32,000 nucleotides of DNA from an uncultured delta proteobacterium (GTDB lineage Bacteria > Desulfobacterota > Syntrophorhabdia > Syntrophorhabdales > WCHB1-27): positions 12,713-44,712 of the forward strand of contig CAWIHO010000045.1 of the NCBI GenBank assembly GCA_963835605.1, written 5' to 3'. Shown one piece after another: positions 16,380 through 25,067 of the stretch. Positions within the stretch are counted from its first letter, which is position 1; each line of letters begins with the position of its first letter. The notes under the pieces are model-generated. The model had not been told where the DNA came from. It saw only the letters and a program-made list of their open reading frames with translations, and did not search any database. A program made the translations under genes and the position numbers.

Positions 16380-17280
16380 ATTCTATCCACCCCCCACTGA
16401 TTTGATGGGCGCCTCGCGCCGGTTTCACGCACGGTTCCGGAGCTGCATCCATTTCTACCGCTGCGCCACCGCATAGACTATTGCAACGGATAGATGCAGG
16501 CCATCCTGGCGGACCAGGGGACGCAGCTTGGCAAGGTATTCCTCCTTGAACCGCGCGCGTATCCTCATCCATACGCAGGATCGACGGTCGCGGGCCAATG
16601 GTCAGCTGGAACGCCCACCAATCGTCAAGGCTCGCATAGGCGATGTCGTTCGGCTCACTCCGTAGCTCGATGGAGCGAAAACCGGATCGACTCAGCAGGG
16701 CCTCCACTTCCTCCGACGCGTAGCCTAAGGGTCGCGGCATGCGGACCCAACCTCCATACGCCTCAAACTGTTGGATCAGGAGCGGCCAGCCCGGATTGAA
16801 GGGTGGGGGTGTGTTGCCGAACATGGATATGCCGATAGAGCCGCCAGGCTTGGAGACCCGGTACATCTCCCGCAGCGCAGCCTCCATATCCGGACAAAGA
16901 AAGAGCGAAAGAGCGCAGGTAACGGCATCGAAGGTCTGGTCCGGGAAATCGAGATGCTCGGCATCCATCTTGCGGAAGGTGACGTTGGTCAGGCCCTCTG
17001 CGGCAGCGGCGCGTTCGGCTTCCCGGAGTATCCCTCCGGACAGGTCAATGCCGGTTACCTGTCCCCCTGATCCCACCTGCCGCGCGGCAGCAAGGAGCAC
17101 TGCGCCCGTGCCTGTGGCAACATCGAGCACGCGCGCGCCTTGCTTAAGCGGCATTCGTTCAACCAGGCGCCTGCCGAACTGCGTAAAGACGCTTGGACCG
17201 GTGCGGTTATACGACCTGGCCGCATCGTCGAAGAGTTGCTCAATCACCTGTTTCGTGGCAACCGTTGGCATTGTCTCCAT
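16324..17280 (-). CDS. Class I SAM-dependent methyltransferase whose C-terminus is disrupted by a frameshift; the authentic end is probably 16455
   Basis: Motif I is VLDVATGTGAVLLAAA, and a strong RBS (GAAGGAGGTGA) precedes ATG 17280. After ...RMDEDTRA the track frame becomes low-complexity (VQGGIPCQAASPGPPGW...). An alternative frame reads (R)FKEEYLAKLRPLVRQDGLHLSVAIVYAVAQR and stops at 16455-16457. Confidence 0.75.
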   Translation of the reverse strand: METMPTVATKQVIEQLFDDAARSYNRTGPSVFTQFGRRLVERMPLKQGARVLDVATGTGAVLLAAARQVGSGGQVTGIDLSGGILREAERAAAAEGLTNVTFRKMDAEHLDFPDQTFDAVTCALSLFLCPDMEAALREMYRVSKPGGSIGISMFGNTPPPFNPGWPLLIQQFEAYGGWVRMPRPLGYASEEVEALLSRSGFRSIELRSEPNDIAYASLDDWWAFQLTIGPRPSILRMDEDTRAVQGGIPCQAASPGPPGWPASIRCNSLCGGAAVEMDAAPEPCVKPARGAHQISGGWIEYDCYTRGICILVAGIATI

Positions 17281-17391
17281 ACGTCACCTCCTTCTGGGTT
17301 TGTTGAGGGCTATCGCAGCAACGGCACCAAAGATGACCCCATGAGGTCACACTCCTTGCGGTGATGCCCTTTCATCGTCGGACACCTCGCC

Positions 17392-17565
17392 TTAACCGGT
17401 TCGCTGCCTCTCGGCTTTTGCTCTCTTCCTGTTTTGAGCACGGGCTTGTTTGCTCGCTTGCCGGCAATACTCGCACCTCAGGTCTTGGTCGAGGAGATCT
17501 CTGAACGTACTTTTGCCGCAGGAAACGCACGGTGCGAAGTAAACGATGTTGGACGACTCTTCCAT
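17392..17565 (-). CDS. Small zinc-ribbon protein with basic C-terminal tail (57 aa), hypothetical
   Basis: Below the ORF-track size cutoff; translated by hand as MEESSNIVYFAPCVSCGKSTFRDLLDQDLRCEYCRQASKQARAQNRKRAKAERQRTG. It has CxxC...CxxC spacing and AGGGGA about 13 nt upstream of the ATG. Same strand as the two methyltransferase genes, upstream of them. Confidence 0.4.
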   Translation of the reverse strand: MEESSNIVYFAPCVSCGKSTFRDLLDQDLRCEYCRQASKQARAQNRKRAKAERQRTG

Positions 17566-18207
17566 GAGAATAACCGTCCCCTGATATAAAGAACGAGAAA
17601 CGGTCAGTGCTGCGGGGATGCTTTCATGGTAGCAGGAGTCTGTCTCGTTGTCAATTCGAAAAAAGAGAGAGCTGCGTGGACCACGATAACGCCACGGATG
17701 GAGGTATCAAGATGCGCAGCCAAGTGTGACACCACGGTTACAACCTCACGATTACCGGTTCAAAGCTTCAATCTATCAGCGCGCTCATCGTGTGAATGTT
17801 GCAGGAAGGAACAAATAGAGCTCAACTGATCCCGAACCATTCACGCAACCTCTTCTGTATGTGCCCGAAGGTTTCCTCGAGCAGGAAGATATCATTGTGC
17901 AATGCCCGGTGTATCTCCACAACAGGAGCGCCGGTTGCTGCAAGCTCTTTGCACGTAGCCACAATCTCGGGAACGTCTCGGGATCCAAACAGTAGTAGTG
18001 ACCGTGAGCTATCGCGGACACGTGCAAACATTCGTTTTCAGGCACACTGAGCTGGGTCGAAGATTACGCTTTGAAACGATGTAACAATACGGACCAGCGG
18101 CATTGGCCGTGCCGCCTTCGCCTGGGTGTCTCTGATAGGCACCCTCGTTTATGCAGGTCGTGCAGCGAGGAATCCGCCAGAGCTGCGGGTTCCTCGAATT
18201 AACGTAC

Positions 18208-18254
18208 TTTTCATGTGACTTTAATTTTCCCTTAACACTCTGCGGCCAAACTAT
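18208..18254 (+). promoter_or_regulatory. Pho-box-like phased direct repeats plus a possible -10 element upstream of ptxA
   Basis: TTTTCAT (18208-14), CTTTAAT (18219-25) and CCTTAAC (18230-36) are spaced exactly 11 bp apart. AACTAT at 18249-54 is a possible -10. The enterobacterial Pho-box half-site is CTGTCAT with 11-bp phasing. Confidence 0.35.
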
Positions 18255-18286
18255 CCCCAACACATGCGACCTTACGAGGTGGACTC

Positions 18287-19108
18287 ATGATTCGCACACA
18301 GGGGCTCACAGTTTCCTATTCCGGCGTCAACGCCCTTTATCCAATGTCAATCGTTTTCAGGGAGCAGGAATTCACCGTGCTCTTAGGTCCTTCAGGAGCG
18401 GGCAAGTCAACACTCCTTCGCAGCCTGAACCTGCTTATCCGGCCTTCGTCAGGATCGATAATGGTTAACGGTGTGGGTGTGGTCAGCGGCGGGAAAGCGT
18501 TGCGCGACCACCGCCGCTGCACCGCAATGATCTTCCAACAGCATCAACTCCTTGATCGTCAGACTGCCCTGCACAACGTCCTCATCGGCCGGCTCGGTTA
18601 TCACTCCACGCTGCGGAGCATCTTTCCTCTTTCCCGCGAGGAACAGATCATCGGTCTCCAGAGCTTGGAGCGTGTGGGTCTTTTGCAGAAGGCGATGGAG
18701 AGGGTCGACCGCTTAAGCGGCGGCGAACGCCAGCGGGTAGGCATCGCGCGCTGCCTGGCCCAAAAACCGCGTATTATTCTCGCGGACGAGCCCGTAGCAA
18801 GCCTTGATCCGGCCACGGCTGAAAAGGTAATGTCGCTTCTCGGCGGGATATGCAGAGAAGACGGTATCACCGCCATCGTAAGCCTGCACCAGGTCTCCAT
18901 CGCCAAACGGTTCGCCGATCGGGTGCTCGGTCTCACTCATGGAAGGATTGTATTCGATGGCACCGCCGATGAGCTGACCGATGGTGCACTTAACCTGATC
19001 TATAACGGCAGTGAAGTTCGAGTAAGGAGAGAATCGAAGGAAGTTGCCCTGGTCTCAGGAGACAGTGTGACCGGGCTGGAGAGCCGGCCGGTCCGGCTCT
19101 ATCAATAA
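18287..19108 (+). CDS. ptxA: Phosphite/phosphonate ABC transporter ATP-binding protein
   Basis: 273 aa with Walker A (GPSGAGKST), the ABC signature (LSGGERQRV) and Walker B (IILADEP). PhnC-like, first gene of the operon that ends in ptxD. RBS GAGGTGG. Confidence 0.85.
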   Translation: MIRTQGLTVSYSGVNALYPMSIVFREQEFTVLLGPSGAGKSTLLRSLNLLIRPSSGSIMVNGVGVVSGGKALRDHRRCTAMIFQQHQLLDRQTALHNVLIGRLGYHSTLRSIFPLSREEQIIGLQSLERVGLLQKAMERVDRLSGGERQRVGIARCLAQKPRIILADEPVASLDPATAEKVMSLLGGICREDGITAIVSLHQVSIAKRFADRVLGLTHGRIVFDGTADELTDGALNLIYNGSEVRVRRESKEVALVSGDSVTGLESRPVRLYQ

Positions 19109-19990
<882 letters not shown>

Positions 19991-19993
19991 CCA

Positions 19994-20794
19994 ATGGCAA
20001 AGATTCAGTACCTTGACGTTCTTGAACTGAAGAGGCGGCGCACTCGAAAGACCATGATACAGGCCTGCTTCGCGCTGCTTCTCGCCGGCGGCTGCCTTTT
20101 TTATGTGGGCTTCTTCGACACGCAGCGCCTGGCTGAAGGGATTCCGGCGATTCTCTCATTGATCACCGAGAGCCTGCCGCCTGATTTCACGGACAGCTTG
20201 AAATGGCTGAAACCTCTGGCCGACACTTTGGCAATGAGCGTCGCGGGCACCTGCCTCGCGGTCGCGCTCTCGCTGCCCCTCGCGCTTCTTGGCTCGGGCG
20301 CCACCTCTCCTCACCCCGCCATCTACCATGTGACACGACTGGTTCTGAATGCGCTCAGATCGGTGCCTGAACTAATCATGGGTATCCTTTTCGTGGCTGC
20401 CGTCGGCTTTGGCGTGCTGCCGGGCGTGCTTGCTCTGGGTCTCCACTCCGTCGGCATGGTCGGCAAGTTCTTTTCCGAAGCCATCGAGCACGTGGACAAC
20501 GAGCCGGTGGAGGCAGTCCGTTCATCGGGTGCCAGTCACCTGCAGGTGATCCTGCACGGTATTCTCCCGCAGGTGCTGCCGCAGATGGCGGATGTGGCTA
20601 TCTACCGGTGGGAGTACAACTTCAGGGCCTCGACCGTGATGGGCATGGTGGGGGCAGGCGGCATCGGTTTCGAGTTGATGGGATCGCTCCGTCTGATGCA
20701 ATACCGCGAAGTGTCGGCCCTCCTTCTTGTGATCCTTGCAATGGTCACCATTGTCGATACCCTTGGCTCCTATCTGAGGAACAGGTTCAAATGA
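19994..20794 (+). CDS. ptxC: Phosphite/phosphonate ABC transporter permease (PhnE/PtxC family)
   Basis: 266-aa polytopic membrane protein in the PhnE position. Its stop overlaps an ATG of the next ORF. Confidence 0.85.
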   Translation: MAKIQYLDVLELKRRRTRKTMIQACFALLLAGGCLFYVGFFDTQRLAEGIPAILSLITESLPPDFTDSLKWLKPLADTLAMSVAGTCLAVALSLPLALLGSGATSPHPAIYHVTRLVLNALRSVPELIMGILFVAAVGFGVLPGVLALGLHSVGMVGKFFSEAIEHVDNEPVEAVRSSGASHLQVILHGILPQVLPQMADVAIYRWEYNFRASTVMGMVGAGGIGFELMGSLRLMQYREVSALLLVILAMVTIVDTLGSYLRNRFK

Positions 20795-20811
20795 AAACGA
20801 ATGGAGGCGTC

Positions 20812-21843
20812 ATGCGACCGCGCCTGGTCATCACCCATTGGGTTCATCCGGAAGTCGTTGATCTTCTGAGCCGCAGCTTTGATGTGATCCCCAACATAAC
20901 GCGTGAGACCCTGCCCCGCGCAGAGGTCCTGCGGCGAGCGCAGGAGGCCGAGGCCATCATGATCTTCATGCCGGATGTAATCGACCGATCATTAGTTGAG
21001 GCATGTCCCCGTTTGAAAATCATTGCGGGGGCCTTCAAGGGCTATGATAACGTTGACGTTGAGGCATGCACTGAGAATGGCGTATGGTTTACGATCATCC
21101 GTGATCTCCTCACCGTCCCCACAGCCGAGCTGGCTGTCGGTCTCCTGATCGGCCTCACCCGTAACATTGCAACGGGAGACTCTTGTGTCCGTACCGGGAG
21201 ATTTACCGGCTGGCGCCCCGTGCTTTACGGAGGCGGACTTGCCGGCAAGACGGTGGGCATCGTTGGGCTGGGCGCCATAGGCCGCACCATCGCAAAATGT
21301 CTTTCGGGCTTCGATGTCAGCCTGATCTACAGTGATCCCATAGAACCGGCGAAGCCTGTCAGTCCCGGGCTGATGCGTGTCTCCTTCGGCGATCTTCTCG
21401 AACAGAGCGATTATGTTATCCTCTCGCTACCGCTCAGTTCCGCAAGTTTTCATCTGATCAACAGGGAGAGCTTGGCGCGCATGAAAGCCGGCGCTTATCT
21501 TGTGAACGTCGGAAGGGGCTCAGTGGTGGATGAACAGGCGATCGCTGACTTCCTCGAGTCGGGTCACCTTGCCGGTTATGCGGCCGACGTGTTTGAAATG
21601 GAAGATCTTTCTAGGGGTGACCGCCCCCTTGCGATTCCCGAACACCTGCTTCAAACCCACCATAGGACACTCTTTACTCCGCACCTCGGTTCAGCGGTGG
21701 ACGAGGTGAGGCGGGCAATAGCGCTTGAGGCAGCAGCCAATATCTTTGAGGCACTGAATGGAGAAAGACCGAAAGGGGCGATAAACGACCCGCGTACCAC
21801 GTGCGAACCGCCATACGCGCAGTCCGTTACGTACGGACTCTGA
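20812..21843 (+). CDS. ptxD: NAD-dependent phosphite (phosphonate) dehydrogenase
   Basis: The track ORF 20608..21843 begins inside ptxC. I place the start at ATG 20812 (MRPRLVITH...), 5 nt after GGAGG, matching the recalled P. stutzeri PtxD N-terminus MLPKLVITH. D-2-hydroxyacid dehydrogenase fold with VGLGAIGRT (NAD site), GRGSVVDE and FTPHLGSA (catalytic Arg/Glu/His positions), and GYAADVFEMED. Confidence 0.85.
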   Translation: MRPRLVITHWVHPEVVDLLSRSFDVIPNITRETLPRAEVLRRAQEAEAIMIFMPDVIDRSLVEACPRLKIIAGAFKGYDNVDVEACTENGVWFTIIRDLLTVPTAELAVGLLIGLTRNIATGDSCVRTGRFTGWRPVLYGGGLAGKTVGIVGLGAIGRTIAKCLSGFDVSLIYSDPIEPAKPVSPGLMRVSFGDLLEQSDYVILSLPLSSASFHLINRESLARMKAGAYLVNVGRGSVVDEQAIADFLESGHLAGYAADVFEMEDLSRGDRPLAIPEHLLQTHHRTLFTPHLGSAVDEVRRAIALEAAANIFEALNGERPKGAINDPRTTCEPPYAQSVTYGL

Positions 21844-22215
21844 GCCAAGACTAACAATGTTCTGCTCAGGCCAGTGCCTCTCTGCCAAGCTACAATGTAG
21901 GCGGACAATTAGGTTTGATTCCTGCCGATAGGTTGAGAGATCAATACTCTTTCCGCAAGAGCGCATTGCCACGGGTAATGTGGCATCGGATTTGGAAAAG
22001 GCAAATGCACCAGTACAGGAAGACATTTTTCTGTTCGAGACATATGTTGAGAGCACCTAATCTTCCCTTCTGACTGGACCTACGCTTTCCAACTATACCG
22101 CTTCAAACAGCGCATACGTAAGATTCAGTGGCTGGCCCGAAGCATCGTCTGTACCGTCCGCCGAGATTATTCACTCCTCATTTCTAGATCGCAAGAATTG
22201 GGACCGTAAGAGAGG

Positions 22216-22728
22216 CTATTTCGTGTCGGAGATCTTCTTTTCGAATGCATCCCAGAAAGCAGAATCGGGCTTGCGCCAATAAGGGCCCCATTCTTCCCCC
22301 AAAACCCCCTCGATCTCTTTCAGGAGCCGCTTCCAGGCAGGGCCGTATTCATACGTCAGGACGTCCTCGAGCAGGGGGACCAAGGTACCGAGTTTGTCCT
22401 TGGGCAGGTATGCCCGTGCTCCCAACTCTATCGACGTCTTGAGGGCTTCGGGCGAGAGGGCGTGGGCGGTGAGCATCACGGCAGGCATCGGATACGGGCG
22501 GGCGGTTGCCTGCTGAAGAAGATCAAAACCTCGGACGCCCATGATATCCAGGATAACGAGATCATAGGTCCATAAGCCAAGGAGCCGGGATGCTTCCTGG
22601 TAGATGGTGGCTGTCTCCACCTTACTCTTCGGGGCAGCCGACAGGATCTCTTGCTTGAGTATCGTGAGAACATCGGGCTCATCGTCTACCGCGAGAATTG
22701 TCTTGTGGTTCAAAACCGATTCTGACAT
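22216..22728 (-). CDS. Single-domain response regulator (CheY-like receiver) with ~45-aa conserved C-terminal extension
   Basis: 170 aa with receiver signature residues: VDDEPD, the VILDIMG phospho-acceptor Asp, MLTAH and YLPKD. Confidence 0.85.
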   Translation of the reverse strand: MSESVLNHKTILAVDDEPDVLTILKQEILSAAPKSKVETATIYQEASRLLGLWTYDLVILDIMGVRGFDLLQQATARPYPMPAVMLTAHALSPEALKTSIELGARAYLPKDKLGTLVPLLEDVLTYEYGPAWKRLLKEIEGVLGEEWGPYWRKPDSAFWDAFEKKISDTK

Positions 22729-22831
22729 TCGCTCCTCCTTTGCGGCTGAGGGGTAATGGAGAGCCGGGTGCGCTTCTGACAGAGTTCAGTGATGTCGACG
22801 GCGCGCTCGGCAGAAGCCCCGGTCTGCGCCC

Positions 22832-23311
22832 CTAGTACCAAAAGGTGACATCAGCTCTTCCTTTCCACCCAGGATCAAACTGGTCGTCAAAGTAACTCTC
22901 CAATTTCTCCAGGAGTCGCTTCCAGCCCGCCTTATACTCGTGGGTGAGGACGTCCTCTAAGAACGGAATAATCTCTCCCAGCTTATCCTTCGGCAGATAG
23001 GCGCGCGCACCAAGGTCATGGGATTTCTTGAGGGCCTCGGGCGTGAGGTCATGCGCAGTGAGCATAGCTACTCTGAAATTCCTTTTCACGGCCAGGTCGA
23101 GGAGGTCGAATCCACGTACGCCCATGATGTCGAGGATCACGATGTCGTACGTGTTTTCGCTGATCAGCTCGGCCGCTTTCCCGTGGGTGGTGGCCTTGTC
23201 GACCTTGCAGTTCGGGCAGGAATCCTTGATCTCCTCTTCCAGCACGGTTAGTACGTCGGGTTCATCGTCTACGGCCAATATCCTTTTGCCATCTAGAATC
23301 GAAGCGGCCAT
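22832..23311 (-). CDS. Single-domain response regulator, paralogue of 22216..22728
   Basis: 159 aa with the same receiver motifs and the same C-terminal extension (LEDVLTHEY..GWKRLLEKLE...W). Confidence 0.85.
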   Translation of the reverse strand: MAASILDGKRILAVDDEPDVLTVLEEEIKDSCPNCKVDKATTHGKAAELISENTYDIVILDIMGVRGFDLLDLAVKRNFRVAMLTAHDLTPEALKKSHDLGARAYLPKDKLGEIIPFLEDVLTHEYKAGWKRLLEKLESYFDDQFDPGWKGRADVTFWY

Positions 23312-23428
23312 GCTGTACCTCCTTCTTTATGCTTGACTGTGGGCACTCTCCATCTTTTTCCCATGCGGCGCCAGCCGCTTCCGCGACGGGAACAAGCAAG
23401 ACGTGCATCACTCTTGTGCCGCGTTCCC

Positions 23429-23456
23429 ATTGTAACGCGACGATATTTTTTGTCAA
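23429..23456 (-). promoter_or_regulatory. Candidate sigma70-type promoter for the upstream response-regulator gene
   Basis: The minus strand reads TTGACA-16 nt-TACAAT, about 115 nt upstream of ATG 23311. Confidence 0.5.
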
Positions 23457-23613
23457 GCACGTTTTTGTATCAGCCTGTACGCATAAGATGTGTTGGATAG
23501 GCTGGATGTAGGAGAACAGAATCGTCCACCGTCAAATATGCGAGGGTCAAATGTTATCCCTTTCCGCATGTAATAACGAATGACTTCTGAGCGAGGGCGA
23601 TTCACCCTTTCAG

Positions 23614-24702
23614 TCAACTATATTTAATTCCCCCTGCAACAAAAGATGTTTTGTGGCTCAACATTGCAAAGATCACGCGAATGAGTTTATGGGCTGTCGC
23701 GAGAACAGCCTTTTTGTAAATGAGCCCTTCTTCTCTTCTCCTGAAGAAGTAGGCCTGAAGACTTCATTGTTGGTAATGACCCTGGTGGTCATCAGCCAGA
23801 TGACCCTCCGGAGATGGCGATTTCCTCTTTTGCTGATCTTGCTTTCTCCTTCGTATTTGCCTGATTGATAGGTCGAAGGATCGAGCCCTGCAGCAGCGAT
23901 CAGCTTCCGGTCATGTTCGAACGCCTTTATATCTCCTCCCACCTCGATCAAGAAGTTGAATGCGGTCTTGTCGCCGATACCTCGCATGGAGGTGAGGATC
24001 TTTGCGTCTCGCTGTATCTTCTCACCTGAAAGATCCATGGTGAGCTGCATGATCTCTTCGGCCTGCCCCTCAAGCGCAAGAAGCAGGGAGGCTTCCTGTT
24101 TCAGGATCATATCTTTTGCCGGACTCGCAACGCCCACGGATGTGGTTGCGGCATCCATGGGCAGAAGGAAACTCAGTAAGAAGACGAAGCGTTGCTTTGG
24201 TAAAGATACCGGTGATGGTCTCCAGTTCCGGGAAGGTCACGGAGAGAATCCGCTTCATGTCGTTCTTCAGCGACGTCATCTGGTCTACGAGCCTCTCCCT
24301 TCTTCGGGAAAGATCTCTGAGCTCAGTAACGTGAGGGGATGCGGTGTGCGTGGTCACCGCCTTCTTTTGAAGGAGCAAGAACTGCGCTATGGTAAAGGCA
24401 TCTTTCTTATCCGTCTTTGTTTTTCTCAAAGACAATTTTGCGAAGTTTGCGATCAGCAGAGGGTTGATAATAGCAACGCGATAGCCTTTTGCGGTAAGAT
24501 ACGAAAACAGGGCGATATGGTAACTGGCCGTGGATTCCATACCGAGGAGCAGGGATGCCGTGCTCACCGCCGCCAACCTTGTCACGAGCTTGTCAAATCC
24601 CTCTCGGTTCATCGGGAAGGAGAGGGAGAATACCTTCTTCCCTTCATCGCCAATCCCACACGCATCACATTTCTCTTTCGGCACATCGATTCCAACATAC
24701 AT
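23614..24702 (-). pseudogene. IS110-family transposase/recombinase gene (DEDD N-terminal domain plus Transposase_20 C-terminal domain) broken by two frameshifts
   Basis: The N-terminal frame (24702 down to about 24160) reads MYVGIDVPKEK...GMESTASYH...KTDKKDA. The middle frame (about 24158-23755) reads SVGVASPAKDMILKQ...SMRGIGDKTAFNFLIEVGG...SGKYEGESKISKRGNRHLRRV. The last frame, which is the same frame as the N-terminus, reads AYFFRRREEGLIYKKAVLATAHKLIRVIFAMLSHKTSF and stops at 23614. RBS AAGGAGG precedes the ATG. Confidence 0.8.
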
Positions 24703-24900
24703 ACACCAACCTCCTTAAACGTAGCAGAAAAGCAGGGATTGCCTCCGGCCAATCCTCCTCGGTCACAAGGGCTCTGTGCGGCCCAATCAACTTATCATGG
24801 CTCCAAGAGGCAGGGGACAGACTGAAATAAGGGTTCGGCGACCCAGGAAGCATTATAAGTCCCCCTGCCTTCCTTGGGGCTAATCTTACTGCCTCTCACA
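24703..24900 (-). ncRNA. Candidate IS110-type non-coding (bridge/seek-like) RNA region upstream of the recombinase gene
   Basis: Long-range inverted repeat AGGCAGGGGAC (24808-18) / GTCCCCCTGCCT (24859-70, one extra C) and a local hairpin GGATTG (24736-41) / CAATCC (24750-55). The position matches the non-coding end in which IS110-subgroup elements encode their guide RNA. Confidence 0.3.
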
Positions 24901-25067
24901 CTTACTTATACAGGAATTAATGGTAGGAGGAAGTTGTGTGCAGGGTATAACTCTCAATATTTTGAAAGCTCTACCCTGAAGAAAATTGCGTGTAACGTCG
25001 ATGAGCAGAGGCCTCGAGCCGATAGTGAAGCAGTTGAATCAATTGTTGCGCTGTGTGAAACAAGGGA

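Larger units (their letters stand above)
23614..24900 (-). mobile_element. IS110-family element, probably inactive; ends not determined
   Basis: Contains the frame-broken recombinase gene plus about 200 bp of structured upstream non-coding sequence. IS110 elements lack classical terminal inverted repeats, so I could not set boundaries. The left limit must lie before 25068. Confidence 0.45.

Noticed and set aside
16739-17344. 201-aa plus-strand ORF opposite the methyltransferase gene; also 14710..15273(-) opposite the exported methyltransferase
   Set aside because: Arg/Ser/Pro-rich antisense translations in GC-rich coding sequence, with no motifs.
23956-24825. 289-aa plus-strand ORF across the IS110 region
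   Set aside because: It is opposite the recombinase gene, whose three segments carry the family motifs. Its translation has no recognisable features.
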